Shown: positions 18,959-30,440, counted from the stretch's first letter. The stretch is DNA of 64,000 nucleotides from Candidatus Thorarchaeota archaeon (GCA_003345545.1 PRDH01000039.1:32001-96000), one strand, 5' to 3'. Notes: generated from the sequence alone by a model not told the origin. Numbers and translations are program-made.

Positions 18959-19459
18959 TCACTGCTCTGCGAACGGGTTGAGCGGCATATTTCCCATTGC
19001 CTTTCCTACTGGAACGATAGCCACCGGACGAATCTCTTTAGGAATGCTCAGTAGTCTGACGACCTGTACTTCATTGAAAGCACCAATCCAGCAGGTGGCA
19101 TAGCCCAGAACATGCGCTGCCAAAAGTAGGTTCAGTACGAGTGCAGCAGCGTCTTGGATAGCGCAGAGCCTGCGTCCTCTCTCACCATATCTCTCAGCTG
19201 ACTCCTCAGGGACTGCGCATATCACAAAGACAATGGGCGCCTTTGCAAGGAAGGTCTGACCCCCAGCTGCCGCTGAAAGCCGTTCTTTGAAATCTTGACG
19301 CCTTACTAATACTACTCTCCAAGTTTGTCTATTTCCAGCACTCGGAACACTAAAACCCGCAATGAGGATCTCCTCAATGTCTGCATCCGGAATAGCTTCA
19401 TCTGAATATCTCCTGATTGACTGTCTCTCTCGAATTCTCTTCAGACAATTGTCACTCAT
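18959..19459 (-). CDS. nitroreductase family protein
   Basis: RQSIRRY, PSAGNRQTW, LGYATCWIGAF. Confidence 0.9.
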   Translation of the reverse strand: MSDNCLKRIRERQSIRRYSDEAIPDADIEEILIAGFSVPSAGNRQTWRVVLVRRQDFKERLSAAAGGQTFLAKAPIVFVICAVPEESAERYGERGRRLCAIQDAAALVLNLLLAAHVLGYATCWIGAFNEVQVVRLLSIPKEIRPVAIVPVGKAMGNMPLNPFAEQ

Positions 19460-20446
19460 CTATAGCACCTCTGGATTAACGATGTTTGGAGGTCTTGCAC
19501 CTGATAGGGCAGCTCGAAGATTCTCTGCACACATCTTTGCCATGGTGGACCTTGTCCGAGTGCTTGCACTGCCAATGTGTGGAAGTAGGACAACATTCTC
19601 TAGCTCAAGCAGCGGACTATCTAGCCTAATTGGCTCTTCAGCAAAGACGTCGAGACCTGCTGCTGCCAGACGTTTTGATCGAAGTGCTTGGTATAGTGCT
19701 TCTTCATCAACCACCGGACCTCTTGATGTGTTCACTAGGATAGCACTTGGCTTCATTTTTGCGAGTTCAACCTTGCCAATGAGATGCCTGGTTTCGGGCG
19801 TAAGAGGTACATGAAGGGTCACAACATCTGATTCTCGAAGAAGAGTGTCCATGTCGACGCGTTGTGCGCCTAGATTCTCGGGCAACGACTTGTCTGACTC
19901 CCTTGTGCTGCGTGAAGAATATAGAATCTTCATATCAAAACCGCATGCGCGTCTAGCAACAGCTGCACCAATTCTACCCAGCCCTATGATGCCTAGAGTT
20001 GCTCCATGGATGTCTGAACCTAATAGGAGTTCTGGACCCCAAGCAACTCTCCAGTTACCCCTCCTGACGTACCTATCTGCTTCGACGATCCTTCGTGATG
20101 CTGCCATGATCAGAGCCCAAGTCAAGTCAGCCGTGGTTTCTGTTAGGACTCCTGGGGTGTTAGTTACAATGATTCCTCTCTTTGTGGCATACTTCAGGTC
20201 GATATTATCATATCCTACAGCATACTGTGCTATCACCCGCAGATTTGGCAGCCGCTCAATGATGTCTGCTGATATCGGGTCCGACAGGAGGGTCACGATG
20301 CCTTCACAGTCCTTTCCGTTTTCGATTATTTGTTCCTTTGATGGGGGCATCTCATTCTCCCATACTGAAGCATGGAACTCCTGCTTGATTATCCTCAGTC
20401 CATCCATTGGTATCTTTCTGGTCACGAAGACGTGTTTCTTCAACAA
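19460..20446 (-). CDS. gyaR: glyoxylate reductase / D-2-hydroxyacid dehydrogenase
   Basis: AVGYDNID, NTPGVLTETTAD, GLGRIG, NTSRGPVVDE, PHIGSA. Confidence 0.9.
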   Translation of the reverse strand: MLKKHVFVTRKIPMDGLRIIKQEFHASVWENEMPPSKEQIIENGKDCEGIVTLLSDPISADIIERLPNLRVIAQYAVGYDNIDLKYATKRGIIVTNTPGVLTETTADLTWALIMAASRRIVEADRYVRRGNWRVAWGPELLLGSDIHGATLGIIGLGRIGAAVARRACGFDMKILYSSRSTRESDKSLPENLGAQRVDMDTLLRESDVVTLHVPLTPETRHLIGKVELAKMKPSAILVNTSRGPVVDEEALYQALRSKRLAAAGLDVFAEEPIRLDSPLLELENVVLLPHIGSASTRTRSTMAKMCAENLRAALSGARPPNIVNPEVL

Positions 20447-20541
20447 TTACACCGACCTTAGGTTGAGTAATTCATCATTATACTGTTTTGCTTCCCGAAT
20501 GCCGCTGTGTAGATATGAGGATACAGAATGATGCTGACAAG

Positions 20542-20567
20542 AATGCTTTGACCCTGCATCTTATATT
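20542..20567 (+). promoter_or_regulatory. conserved promoter element AATGCTTTGACC-N5-TCTTATATT, copy 1
   Basis: same motif and spacing upstream of both wHTH paralogs; includes TATA-like TTATAT. Confidence 0.7.
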
Positions 20568-20606
20568 CACGGATTGTTGATGCCCCCATGTGGTTGTGAG
20601 TCTGCA

Positions 20607-20918
20607 ATGCCCGTCGAACTTCCAAACAGTGCACTGATCGTCTTAAGCAGTCTTGGCTCCGAGGGTCCTATGACTCCCAAGACAATCATAAGTCGCATCG
20701 ATTTGCCCTCCCGTACGATAACGTTTGCTCTTCATCTACTCCTCGAAGAGAATATAGTTCGAAGAGTGCCCAACTTGCTTGACATGCGGCAGCCCTACTA
20801 TCATATAAATATGGAGCGAATCAAGGAGCTGCAACTCGCATTCATGGTCGACCGCGTGACACGTCTCCAGCCCGAGATACGCCATGGCAGTCTTCAAGGA
20901 AGCACATTCAATAAATGA
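20607..20918 (+). CDS. winged-helix (MarR/ArsR-like) transcriptional regulator, paralog 1
   Basis: ELPNSALIVL..L..EGPMTPK.I......RTITFAL..L....DMRQPYY. Confidence 0.75.
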   Translation: MPVELPNSALIVLSSLGSEGPMTPKTIISRIDLPSRTITFALHLLLEENIVRRVPNLLDMRQPYYHINMERIKELQLAFMVDRVTRLQPEIRHGSLQGSTFNK

Positions 20919-20979
20919 TGGCCAGTGCTTTCGAAAAGGATATTATTCAATATTGAGTAGGCACTCAAAAATGTGCTTT

Positions 20980-21005
20980 AATGCTTTGACCTTATCTCTT
21001 ATATT
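20980..21005 (+). promoter_or_regulatory. conserved promoter element AATGCTTTGACC-N5-TCTTATATT, copy 2
   Basis: matches copy 1 at 21 fixed positions. Confidence 0.7.
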
Positions 21006-21070
21006 ACTATCAATGCAAGTATGTGATGGGAACAGAAAGACCCGATTAGTCTAGGGATGGTACAAAGCAC

Positions 21071-21337
21071 ATGTCTATTGAACTTCCTCGTAGTGCAATC
21101 ATTGTTTTGGACCGTCTGACTTCAGAAGGGCCAATGACTCCAAAGGCAATCAGCAGCAGGGTCGATCTGGCTCCTCGAACTGTTAGTTTTGCGCTCAGAA
21201 AACTCATGGGTCAGAAACTCTGCAAGAAGATACCCAATCTCAATGATATGAGACAACCTCTCTATGCTGCTGATATGGAGCGAGCGAGAGAACTCAGGGC
21301 AAGGTTCGAGCACGTCTTCAGGCAGGTGCTGGTATAA
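21071..21337 (+). CDS. winged-helix (MarR/ArsR-like) transcriptional regulator, paralog 2
   Basis: ELPRSAIIVL..L..EGPMTPK.I......RTVSFAL..L....DMRQPLY. Confidence 0.8.
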   Translation: MSIELPRSAIIVLDRLTSEGPMTPKAISSRVDLAPRTVSFALRKLMGQKLCKKIPNLNDMRQPLYAADMERARELRARFEHVFRQVLV

Positions 21338-21464
21338 GCAGCTCAGGGGCTGCTGCTGCAGAGATAGCTATCAAAGCCTTCTATCATCATACCCAAAGTT
21401 GAGCTGAGAAGTGATGACTAGGTTAATATTCTGGCATTTTAAGCGCAGTGGCGAGTGACTACTG

Positions 21465-21650
21465 ATGGCGCACGAGGGATTAGTCCTGTTCATGATTGCC
21501 TTGGGCATACTCCTTCTGTTGGCGTTCTATCTTGGACCAGACAGAGAAACAAGGCTCGTCAAGCGAAATGAGGGGAGAATTATGCTCGTCCCTTCTGCGA
21601 TGATCATGTTAGTCCTCGCCATCATTGTTTTTAGCGGCGTGCTTGGCTAG
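21465..21650 (+). CDS. small two-TM membrane protein
   Basis: two hydrophobic helices separated by a charged loop. Confidence 0.65.
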   Translation: MAHEGLVLFMIALGILLLLAFYLGPDRETRLVKRNEGRIMLVPSAMIMLVLAIIVFSGVLG

Positions 21651-22618
21651 AATTCTGGATATGCGAGACCGACAAGCCTGCAGAAGACTGCAGCTGATAT
21701 GATGTCGGCTGTTGTCCCAGGGTTGAGCAAGTTCCCCTCCTCCCGCAGGGTATCATCTAGTCTGACTATCAGCTCCACAGGCTCGCACACATCAGACCAA
21801 TTCTCCACGGTCTTCTCTGCCAGTCTTCGGATCTCTTCTGCTCGTGCTCTTCCAGCTTTCTTTACGATTAATCCATCAGGTCGCTTTGATAGAAGCCAGA
21901 TAAAGGAACGAACAATCGCTTCTTCTAGGTCATCCAAGGATTGGGATATCTCAGCAATGAATGGATAGACCTCTCCCAGAATCAGTTCGAAATTACTTGC
22001 CCACTCTCGACTTATCTCATCGATGTCTGAGGACAAGCTGAAAAGCTCTGCGAGCTTCAGGTCATCCTTCATGACATTATCAATTGCGGCAGGATTGTCA
22101 AAATCGTATCTCCTATGGATATCTGACCATTGAGAATCCTCCTTGATCTTGCGCCCCCCTGGTGTGGAACGGGCGAAGGCCCGGTACAGCCCGGCTGTAT
22201 CTTCTACTGTCGTCCCTTGGATGATTCTCTGAAGCCAACTGCGTACATTTCCCGTTGAAAAGTGCCTGTCTTCGACTAGACTGGCAGCTATTGCCACAGT
22301 CAGAGGCACGTATAGAAGAATCGAGCCAAGGATTGTGTTTCTCTTATTGAGACCACTCAAGGACTCCGATACACAGGTTTCAATGAGTGCGCCAAGACCT
22401 GCCTCCTCTGGAGCTAACTTGCTTTTTCCGATTCTTACCCCCTTTGACGCACACATGTGGAGTCCTCTCGACATCATTGAGGCGCTAGCAAGAAAGTGCC
22501 TGTATTCAGTGTCTGAGAAGCGAGCACTTCGATTCACATTTCCAGGTTTTGGGGCACTAGCCTCCAGGAGCAATGAAAGCTGACCCAGTTCTGTCAATCT
22601 CCAATTGATGTCGCTCAT
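21647..22618 (-). CDS. citG: triphosphoribosyl-dephospho-CoA synthase (CitG family)
   Basis: LLEASAPKPGNV, NTILGSILL, NPGTTAD. Confidence 0.85.
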   Translation of the reverse strand: MSDINWRLTELGQLSLLLEASAPKPGNVNRSARFSDTEYRHFLASASMMSRGLHMCASKGVRIGKSKLAPEEAGLGALIETCVSESLSGLNKRNTILGSILLYVPLTVAIAASLVEDRHFSTGNVRSWLQRIIQGTTVEDTAGLYRAFARSTPGGRKIKEDSQWSDIHRRYDFDNPAAIDNVMKDDLKLAELFSLSSDIDEISREWASNFELILGEVYPFIAEISQSLDDLEEAIVRSFIWLLSKRPDGLIVKKAGRARAEEIRRLAEKTVENWSDVCEPVELIVRLDDTLREEGNLLNPGTTADIISAAVFCRLVGLAYPEF

Positions 22619-22692
22619 TGCGGTGGCATTGTATCATACTCCGTTTAAGATTCGCGGTGGCACGCAAATGGAATAAGTGTAAATAGGAGATT

Positions 22693-23046
22693 ATGTCAGA
22701 CCCGTATGGTTGTACAATGAGTCTCCCTGCCCGTATCTCATTTGCGCAAATTGGTGTTCTAGTTTCTATCATTGTCTACATTGCAGTAAGAGTATTCTTT
22801 GCGCTGATCAATTTCGGTCTACTATGGACTCATCTCGGTGGGTGGTGGGCCATCATACTGCCCTTGCCGCCTGTTATCGTTTTGGGCTTTACGGCCTGTG
22901 TTGTTTCATATGCTTTCACATACCTAGGTCTCTGGATGATGGACAGTGACTACTATATCTTAGGGGTGATTACAATCATCCTCTCTGCAATCGTCATTCC
23001 TGGGGGGCTGGGTGTGTACAGTTGGTTCGGATTTACAGTCGGTTAG
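22693..23046 (+). CDS. membrane protein (3-4 TM)
   Basis: almost entirely hydrophobic 117-aa ORF. Confidence 0.65.
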   Translation: MSDPYGCTMSLPARISFAQIGVLVSIIVYIAVRVFFALINFGLLWTHLGGWWAIILPLPPVIVLGFTACVVSYAFTYLGLWMMDSDYYILGVITIILSAIVIPGGLGVYSWFGFTVG

Positions 23047-23789
23047 TATTTTGTGATTAGAGGGACTAGCTCAGTTGCTCTGCCAGTCAGAATGATGTCC
23101 GCAAAGTCTTCTCTATTGACACCCCTTAAGTTGACAAGAATCACTCTAGCTCCGGAATTCTTGGCGATTTTGGGAAGAATTGCAGCAGGGTAGATTGAGA
23201 GGCTTGTACCAATTACCAGCATCAGGTCTGTATCTCGACAAAGAGCCACAGCATTTTCCATCGGAGTTTCTGGGAGTGGCTCTCCGAAAAGGATGGCCTC
23301 CGACTTGAGAACACCTCCACACTTGTCACACTTGGGTGGTATTTCACCCTTAGCTACTCTCTGATGTACTTTTTTTCCTACATATTCTGCCTTGCATCGA
23401 GTACAGCATGCCCTGAGATAGTTGCCATGTAGTTCAATGACTTTCTTGTTTCCGGCCAGTTGATGGAGATTGTCAATATTCTGTGTAATAATGCCCTGGA
23501 GTTTTCCATCTGCTTCGAGCTTAGCAAGAGCCCGGTGTGCGGCATTGGGCTCTGCTTTGATGATGGTCGCTGCCAATTCACGCCCCATTGTCCAGAACCT
23601 AGTGGGGTCCCTGTTGAAGCTGTCCAAGGTGGCATATTCGTGAGGATCATATCTCTTCCAAAGACCCCCCTCAGATTTGAAGTCTGGAATTCCTGAATCC
23701 ACGCTTATTCCTGCTCCAGTGAGAGCAGATATTCTATTGGACTTGGAGATGAGATTCTTTGCTCTCTCGATATCGGTATTAATAGTCAT
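23043..23789 (-). CDS. cobB: NAD-dependent protein deacylase (Sir2 family)
   Basis: TGAGISVDSGIPDF, ITQNIDNLHQ, ELHGN, two CxxC, IGTSL; ATG 23789 with GGTGA SD. Confidence 0.92.
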   Translation of the reverse strand: MTINTDIERAKNLISKSNRISALTGAGISVDSGIPDFKSEGGLWKRYDPHEYATLDSFNRDPTRFWTMGRELAATIIKAEPNAAHRALAKLEADGKLQGIITQNIDNLHQLAGNKKVIELHGNYLRACCTRCKAEYVGKKVHQRVAKGEIPPKCDKCGGVLKSEAILFGEPLPETPMENAVALCRDTDLMLVIGTSLSIYPAAILPKIAKNSGARVILVNLRGVNREDFADIILTGRATELVPLITKY

Positions 23790-24020
23790 TTCACCTTGCA
23801 CAGATTCATTCCAGCTAGATGATGTTTTCAATCTTTGGCTACTTACCTTCCCCGTACTTCCGCTGTCGAAAGGTTTTTCTTGGCATGACCAAGGTGTTGA
23901 CTGAGTCATCAAGGGGAATTGTGGTCAAGGAGCCAGTCCCCGACCGGCAGTCGTGTCGGTTTCCTTTCTATATAGTCCTGCTAGTCATCTTCACGCAAAA
24001 ATAGGCAGAGTGGACTTAAC

Positions 24021-24635
24021 ATGTCTGAAAAAGAGAATGAGAATCATGAGACTGATATTGACATGTCTGATGAGGGTCTCGACTCTGAGGAAGCCATTGA
24101 AATCATTCCAGAGAATCCTGATGAGAGGAATTTTGCGAAGGAATGCCAGAGGTCAAAGGACCTGTTTGACAGGCTGCAAAGACTCCAAGCTGAGTTTGAC
24201 AACTATAGAAAGCTAATGGAAATGCGCTTCTCTGAAGCTACGAAATTCGCCAGCGAGGGCATACTTCTGAAGATGCTGGACGTCTACGACAATCTGCTTC
24301 GTGCCCTTCAGATTGACTTCAGGAAAGACACGAAGGGCGCTGAAGCTGGTATTCGAGCAATCCGCCAGCAGATGGACAAGATTTTGGCTGATGAAGGTGT
24401 TAGACCAATCAAGTCAGTCGGACTACCGTTTGATCCCTATTATCAGCATTCTGCTGGCACACGTAACGATCCAAAGGTACCCGATGGAGTCGTTGCTGAA
24501 GAATACCAGTCTGGGTATATGTTAAGAGAGAAGGTGTTGAGACCGGCTATAGTATGCGTGAATAGACACGAAGCTCCTGACAATGATGCGACTGAGAGTA
24601 AGAGTGAGAAGACACACAAGGATAGTGAAGTATAA
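24021..24635 (+). CDS. grpE: nucleotide exchange factor GrpE
   Basis: [28 protein letters not shown]; upstream of dnaK. Confidence 0.93.
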   Translation: MSEKENENHETDIDMSDEGLDSEEAIEIIPENPDERNFAKECQRSKDLFDRLQRLQAEFDNYRKLMEMRFSEATKFASEGILLKMLDVYDNLLRALQIDFRKDTKGAEAGIRAIRQQMDKILADEGVRPIKSVGLPFDPYYQHSAGTRNDPKVPDGVVAEEYQSGYMLREKVLRPAIVCVNRHEAPDNDATESKSEKTHKDSEV

Positions 24636-26524
24636 TGGCGAAGGTTGTAGGTATCGATCTCGGAACAACATTTAGTGGCATTGCGTATATGCTGGCTGGA
24701 AAGCCAACAATGATTCCTAATGCGGAAGGACAACGGATAACCCCGTCAGTCGTTGGAATCACACCCAAAGGTGAAGTTGTTGTTGGCGAGATTGCAAAGC
24801 GACAAGCTATATCAATGCCTGATAGAACTGTACGCTCAATCAAACGTAAGATGGGACAAGACTACAGGATCAAGATAGGTGACAAGGAGTATACTCCTCA
24901 GGAAATCTCAGCCATGATTCTCGCCAAGATGAAGCGCGATGCTGAGGCATTCCTAGGTGAGCCGATCAAGCAAGCCGTGATTACAGTTCCAGCTTATTTC
25001 AATGACAGTCAGCGACAAGCGACGAAGGATGCTGGAAAGATTGCTGGCATGGAAGTCCTACGTATTGTGAACGAGCCGACTGCATCAGCACTTGCCTATG
25101 GTTTGGATAAGAAGGAAGAGGCTAAGATTCTTGTCTATGATCTCGGCGGCGGAACATTCGACGTTTCGATTCTTGATATTGGTGAGGATGTCTATGAGGT
25201 TCTAGCAACCAGTGGAAATACACAGCTCGGCGGAGATGACTGGGACAAACGAATCATTGATTGGGTTGTGAGAGAGTTCAGGAAGTCGACAGGAATTGAC
25301 ATAACGAAAGACCTCTCTGCAATGCAGCGTATCCGTGATGCATCGGAACAGGCAAAGATTGAACTCTCTACAGTCCTGAAGACAACAATCAATCTACCCT
25401 ATATCACAGCAGATCAAAGTGGTCCGAAGCATATCAACCTTGAACTGACCCGATCCCAATTAGAGAAGATGACTGACGATTTAGTCCAAGCGACAATGGG
25501 TCCGATTCGGCAAGCTCTTAGCGATGCGAAGTTGGAGCCTGAACGTCTGGACAAGATCCTGCTGGTCGGCGGCGCAACAAGAATGCCGATGATTCAAAAC
25601 TCTGTGAGAGCAATATTCGGAAAAGAAGGTGACAAGAGTATCAATCCTGATGAGTGTGTTGCTCTCGGAGCCGCAGCTCAGGCAGGTGTTTTAACTGGTG
25701 AAACCAAGGAGGTTGTGCTTCTTGATGTCACTTCCCTGACACTCGGCATTGAAACTCTGGGAGGCATATCGACCCCGCTGATTGAACGCAATACGACTAT
25801 TCCTATTTCCAAGAGCAAGATCTTCTCGACAGCTGCTGACCATCAGACGGCTGTCGACATCCATGTGACTCAGGGTGAGCGCAAGATGGCTGCTGATAAT
25901 ATGACTCTTGGTCGGTTCCAGCTCGTAGGAATTCCACCTGCGCCTAGAGGTATACCAAAGATAGAAGTGTCATTTGACATCGACGCGAACGGTATCGTCA
26001 ATGTAAAAGCAAAGGACCTTGCTACAGGTAATGAGCAGTCGATAACCATCACTGCAAGCACGAACCTGTCAGACTCTGATGTAACTAGAATGGTCAAGGA
26101 CGCAGAGAGATATGCTGAGGAGGATGCAAAGCGATTTGCCCAGACTGAGACCAGGAACAATGCTGACCAGATGGTCTACCAGGGCGAGAAGCTTGTCAAG
26201 GACATGGGCGACAAGGTTCCTGCCAATCTCAAGAAAGAGATTGAAGCTAAATCTGAAGAAGTCCGAAAGGCTATCGAAGCCAATGATTATGCAAAGATGA
26301 AGTCTGGAACTGAGGAGCTTCAGCAGATAATCTTCAAGATATCAGAGAAGGTCTACGGTTCTGCAGGTCCTGGCGCCCAAGCTGGGGGAGCTGGTTTTGA
26401 TCCCTCCCACATGGCTGGTTTCGATTCGTCAAAGAGGAGTGGCAAGAAGGGCAAGAAGGGGCCGAAGCCTGATGAGTCCTCAGACGAGGATGTAGTTGAT
26501 GTGGACTTTGAAGATCTAGATTAA
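24635..26524 (+). CDS. dnaK: chaperone DnaK (Hsp70)
   Basis: [35 protein letters not shown]; lacks the ~23-aa N-domain insert, as in archaeal and Gram-positive DnaK. Confidence 0.98.
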   Translation: MAKVVGIDLGTTFSGIAYMLAGKPTMIPNAEGQRITPSVVGITPKGEVVVGEIAKRQAISMPDRTVRSIKRKMGQDYRIKIGDKEYTPQEISAMILAKMKRDAEAFLGEPIKQAVITVPAYFNDSQRQATKDAGKIAGMEVLRIVNEPTASALAYGLDKKEEAKILVYDLGGGTFDVSILDIGEDVYEVLATSGNTQLGGDDWDKRIIDWVVREFRKSTGIDITKDLSAMQRIRDASEQAKIELSTVLKTTINLPYITADQSGPKHINLELTRSQLEKMTDDLVQATMGPIRQALSDAKLEPERLDKILLVGGATRMPMIQNSVRAIFGKEGDKSINPDECVALGAAAQAGVLTGETKEVVLLDVTSLTLGIETLGGISTPLIERNTTIPISKSKIFSTAADHQTAVDIHVTQGERKMAADNMTLGRFQLVGIPPAPRGIPKIEVSFDIDANGIVNVKAKDLATGNEQSITITASTNLSDSDVTRMVKDAERYAEEDAKRFAQTETRNNADQMVYQGEKLVKDMGDKVPANLKKEIEAKSEEVRKAIEANDYAKMKSGTEELQQIIFKISEKVYGSAGPGAQAGGAGFDPSHMAGFDSSKRSGKKGKKGPKPDESSDEDVVDVDFEDLD

Positions 26525-26538
26525 TCCTTCACAGAGAG

Positions 26539-27585
26539 GTGAGCTTCTTGGCTGAGCATGACTACTACGATATACTTGGCGTTGGAAGAAATGCAACCCA
26601 AGATGAAATCAAGAGAGCATATCGGGAGCTTGCTAAGAAGTACCATCCTGATCGTAATCCAAATGACAAAGGAGCAGAGTCAAAGCTGAAAGCCATCAAC
26701 GAGGCCTATGGCGTTCTTGGGGATCCTGAGAAACGCACCAAATACGACCGGTGGGGAACAGCTGATGAACAAGGTATTGATATGGATAACTTCGGTGACA
26801 TATTCAGCTCAATCTTTCGGGGGTTTGGTGGCTTTGGCGGATTTGGGGGTCGAGGTGAGCCCTCAGGGCCCGAACCGGGTCAGACACTTCGAATTTCAAT
26901 CGATTTGACCTTCGAAGAAGCTTTCTTTGGCATTGAGAAAGAGATTGCATTCAACAGGAAAATCCATTGTGAGACCTGCAAGGGATCCGGAGCCGCGCCA
27001 GGCAGCGCACCTAAGACTTGTCCGACGTGCCGTGGCCAAGGCCAAGTCGCTCGGTCGATGGGATTCTTGAGCGTCGCCCAGACATGTCCTACATGTGGCG
27101 GAATTGGGGAGACTGTCGATACACCTTGTCCTGATTGTAGAGGCCAAGGCCTACAAAATGAACGTCGGAAGACCGCTCTCCCGATTCCTCCTGGCGTTGA
27201 AGATGGACAGGGTATAAGAATTTCAGGTGGCGGAAATGCAGGTGCGCGAAGAGGACCATATGGCGACCTCATTGTCATGTTCAATGTGAAACCTCATGAC
27301 AACTTTGTCCGGCGAGGTCTGCATGTCTATATGGAGCATGAGATACCGTTTTCTCTTGCAGTGCTAGGTGGCGAAGTAGAGGTGCCCACGATGAGGGGAT
27401 TGAGTAAGATGAAGGTTTCTCCCGGCACCGAAGGTGGGACATTGTTCCGAATGAAGGACAAGGGTGTTCATGCAGAAGACGGTCGTCGGGGTGACCAGCT
27501 TGTCCGCATCAAAATCCAGATTCCTCGGAAGCTCTCAAAGGAACAGAAGGAATATCTCAGCAGGTTCTCAGAGGTCTTTGATTAG
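26539..27585 (+). CDS. dnaJ: chaperone DnaJ
   Basis: J domain with HPD, G/F region, four CxxCxGxG repeats. Confidence 0.96.
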   Translation: MSFLAEHDYYDILGVGRNATQDEIKRAYRELAKKYHPDRNPNDKGAESKLKAINEAYGVLGDPEKRTKYDRWGTADEQGIDMDNFGDIFSSIFRGFGGFGGFGGRGEPSGPEPGQTLRISIDLTFEEAFFGIEKEIAFNRKIHCETCKGSGAAPGSAPKTCPTCRGQGQVARSMGFLSVAQTCPTCGGIGETVDTPCPDCRGQGLQNERRKTALPIPPGVEDGQGIRISGGGNAGARRGPYGDLIVMFNVKPHDNFVRRGLHVYMEHEIPFSLAVLGGEVEVPTMRGLSKMKVSPGTEGGTLFRMKDKGVHAEDGRRGDQLVRIKIQIPRKLSKEQKEYLSRFSEVFD

Positions 27586-28151
27586 AATTCTAGAGGCTTG
27601 CAGAGGCAGGCCTTCATTCTGAGTTTCGGAAACGTCTGAGTGTATGCCGGTTGTACGACCCATGCCGTATCTGCCCCTCTTCCTGTTCCAGCGATGCACA
27701 CCGCATCGTGGTCTGTGGGAACTAGTCCCGCATCAGCAGCCATCATTGCAATCTCAGCGCATACCTTTGTTCCCTGACCAAAGGTGCGAAATGCTACTGC
27801 GATAATCTCAGTGGGCTGCCACCCACCCAGTTCCACTCTGATTCCTCTGGCAATTCCTGCAAATGCGTGAGTTGCCGTGAGAACATGTGCTCCTTCATTG
27901 ATAATTCTCTCTCGTTGATCATCCTTCAATTCATTCTCATTTGGGGTGGCGAAGCCTGCCTGGTGTGACACAACAATGACAGTCTTGTTCTTGAACCGCT
28001 GTGCTGCCTCTAGTCCCGTTGTTCCTTCGGTCGATGCAACAACAATGTGCTCAATTGATGGATTTGCGGCGAGGTACTCACTCACAACTGAGAGGACTTT
28101 CTGCGTTTTTGCTTGTGACAGCTCATCGAAATAGTAGGTTTCGACTCTCAT
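27582..28151 (-). CDS. pyruvate-kinase C-terminal-like archaeal protein (COG1751-type)
   Basis: [38 protein letters not shown]. Confidence 0.8.
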   Translation of the reverse strand: MRVETYYFDELSQAKTQKVLSVVSEYLAANPSIEHIVVASTEGTTGLEAAQRFKNKTVIVVSHQAGFATPNENELKDDQRERIINEGAHVLTATHAFAGIARGIRVELGGWQPTEIIAVAFRTFGQGTKVCAEIAMMAADAGLVPTDHDAVCIAGTGRGADTAWVVQPAYTQTFPKLRMKACLCKPLEF

Positions 28152-28190
28152 GATGTTACTGGTGCAGCTGCTTGTACTTGAGGCTTCCTT

Positions 28191-28637
28191 CTAGGACTCC
28201 CCACTCTGCTTGGCTCGTACAAACCACTCGATGACAGCGAACACCATCAATACAACAACTGCGAGAGAGAAATTGACTGCTCCATTTGTGATAGTTGAAA
28301 CAATCCATGCTGCTAGGACAACGACAATAAGAGCTGCTACCAAACGAATTGCATAGTACCGGACTCGACCAGAACTGCGCGCTTGCTCAGGTTCATGGAC
28401 TTGCTCGATTGCATATTCTTCTGCTATTTCCTCAGGTGTGCCAACGTCATCAAGGACCTCTTGAATCAGCTTAGATTGGCTTTCATCTGGATTGCCCCTG
28501 ATCTTGTTGTTCAATGCTTCATGAATATGAGATCGGAGATCTGCTATCAGATCTTCGGCGGCAAAGTTGTCAGGAAGAAGCCGCGACGTCTTCTTGATGA
28601 AATCCTCAATCATTCTCTCAGTCTCGCCACTAATCAT
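28191..28637 (-). CDS. HAAS-type sensor membrane protein associated with PadR
   Basis: DLRSHIHE...VGTPEEIAEEY plus two C-terminal TM helices; overlaps the PadR gene. Confidence 0.75.
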   Translation of the reverse strand: MISGETERMIEDFIKKTSRLLPDNFAAEDLIADLRSHIHEALNNKIRGNPDESQSKLIQEVLDDVGTPEEIAEEYAIEQVHEPEQARSSGRVRYYAIRLVAALIVVVLAAWIVSTITNGAVNFSLAVVVLMVFAVIEWFVRAKQSGES

Positions 28638-28986
28638 GTCCTAGAACCTCCAGTTTTTGAAAGATATCTCTGACAAGCACAGTCAGTTGTCGGTAAACTC
28701 GGTCTCCCTCTCCAGTCAGGACGTATACCTTTCTGCTCGGCCCCGAATCAGACTTCTCATCGTATACATTGAGGAGTCGCTCCTTGCGAAGTCTATGGAG
28801 AATAGGATACAGGGTTCCTTCCTTTACTTGAAGCAGCCCGTCTGTCTTCTCCTGCAATTCGCGGGCAATACCATATCCATGAATCCCTGACTCGTGGTTC
28901 TTCACTATCGCTAGGACTGCATATTGAAGAACGCCTCTTCTGAATTCTACTCTCCATGCGTCTTCAAAGCTGGGTCCTCTTTGCAA
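28630..28986 (-). CDS. PadR family transcriptional regulator
   Basis: FRRGVL, HGYGIA, EGTLYPILHRL, RKVYVLT. Confidence 0.93.
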   Translation of the reverse strand: MQRGPSFEDAWRVEFRRGVLQYAVLAIVKNHESGIHGYGIARELQEKTDGLLQVKEGTLYPILHRLRKERLLNVYDEKSDSGPSRKVYVLTGEGDRVYRQLTVLVRDIFQKLEVLGHD

Positions 28987-29048
28987 TGGATGCAGTCCTC
29001 TCAGGTCTTGAGAAGGTGTTTCTGTACGTGTCCTTAAGGTTGTCTATC

Positions 29049-30440
29049 TCAGACAGTGTCTGCGTCATGGCGTCTACGGTGGACAAGTGACCGGAACTCT
29101 CTCCATAGCGTCGATGAGTACTGCCTCGGTTCTCTGATTAGCAGGTAGAGGAATGAAGCAACAAGCCTTAGAATCCCGCTCAGCATGAGCATTATAAAGA
29201 CCGTCAGTATGGGGTCGAAGATGATAATCAGGATTGCTTCTCCCAGAAGACCGGCAAGAAGCGAGCCTAGTAGGTATACGATACCCGTGAAAGTATTGAA
29301 TACTGCAATATGGGCTCCCCTCTCCGATTCTGGAGCGATATCATAAATGTACGCAGTGATGGCATTGACTGCCGATGCTGTGCAGAATCCTGCTATTACA
29401 TTGGCAAGGTACACCAACCAGACATTCGTTGCCAAGGCATAGAGGACTGGGACCAAACACAGAAAACCCCGCCCCAGAAAAATCAGGGGTCTCCTACCAA
29501 TTCTATCGCTCAGTCTACCGAATGGCACAGTGAAGATGACTGTGGAAGCAGTCATAATCGCTGAAGCGAGCGCAATTTCGAATATTGTATTATGTAGCCA
29601 CTCTCGCTGGACAACAATGAAATACGGCCATGCCATGGACATCGAGAACGAGTAGAAGATAGCAACAAAACTGAAACGACGGAAATCGCCAGGTCTTGAG
29701 AGTAGCTTGAGCAACGGAGGGAAGCGTCTTGGTCCGTCACCCTTTCGAGCTTTCTCGCGAAGTCCAAGAGAGAGTATAGAAGCTGAGATTCCAATTACAG
29801 CTGTGAGAAAGAACGGAATATAGTATGCTTCCCGCCAAGCATCTACGGATGGAAATAGAACGGTGCCTATGTCACCAAATGAGGCCCTCAAGAAGGGAAG
29901 GATGCCTGGCACGCCTGCAAGGAATCCGGAGATAAGGGTAGCAAGAAGCGAGGCGATATTCGTTACTAGTCCCAGTTTTCCTAGTTCGTCGCCTCTATTC
30001 TTCTCACCCATGAGACATCCGATTAGAGATAACCACGTCGGAATCTGAATGCTAAACAGAATGGACTGAATTGCATACATGGCTATCATATCAATTGGAG
30101 TCGCTGCCCACAGGAACAAGTAGACAAACGCAAGTCCCCACATTGTGCCAAATGCTACGAATGCCTTCGCGTGTCCCGCTCTGTCCGATGCTGCTCCCCA
30201 AGCCGGTTGTAGAACAGTGGGCGCGAAATTCCCTACACTCCTGAACGCGCCAAGTTGTGCGAAATTCAATGAACCGTACAAGTTCGTCTGCATATCGACA
30301 AGATATGTCTGCAGGAAAGGTGCATGAAGACCTAAAGCAAATTGAGTCATGGCTCCAACAGCGACTGCTCTCTTGGGGAGCTTCTGTTCCTCAACTGCTT
30401 CACAAGTCTCTTCAGTCAAAGGAGATTCTCCTTGAATCAC
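29049..30440 (-). CDS. MFS transporter
   Basis: about 12 TM helices; WGAASDRAG and FGRLSDRIGRR. Confidence 0.9.
   Translation of the reverse strand: MIQGESPLTEETCEAVEEQKLPKRAVAVGAMTQFALGLHAPFLQTYLVDMQTNLYGSLNFAQLGAFRSVGNFAPTVLQPAWGAASDRAGHAKAFVAFGTMWGLAFVYLFLWAATPIDMIAMYAIQSILFSIQIPTWLSLIGCLMGEKNRGDELGKLGLVTNIASLLATLISGFLAGVPGILPFLRASFGDIGTVLFPSVDAWREAYYIPFFLTAVIGISASILSLGLREKARKGDGPRRFPPLLKLLSRPGDFRRFSFVAIFYSFSMSMAWPYFIVVQREWLHNTIFEIALASAIMTASTVIFTVPFGRLSDRIGRRPLIFLGRGFLCLVPVLYALATNVWLVYLANVIAGFCTASAVNAITAYIYDIAPESERGAHIAVFNTFTGIVYLLGSLLAGLLGEAILIIIFDPILTVFIMLMLSGILRLVASFLYLLIREPRQYSSTLWREFRSLVHRRRHDADTV

Noticed and set aside
18959-20446. In-frame TAG junction between gyaR and the nitroreductase as pyrrolysine readthrough
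   Set aside because: Both are complete stand-alone enzymes and the second has its own ATG immediately after the stop; ordinary tight operon packing.
19362-20531. Long plus-strand ORFs (150 and 228 aa), and similar antisense ORFs at 2354-3010, 30902-31438 and 45255-45866
   Set aside because: Shadow ORFs opposite or overlapping well-supported genes, with no motifs.
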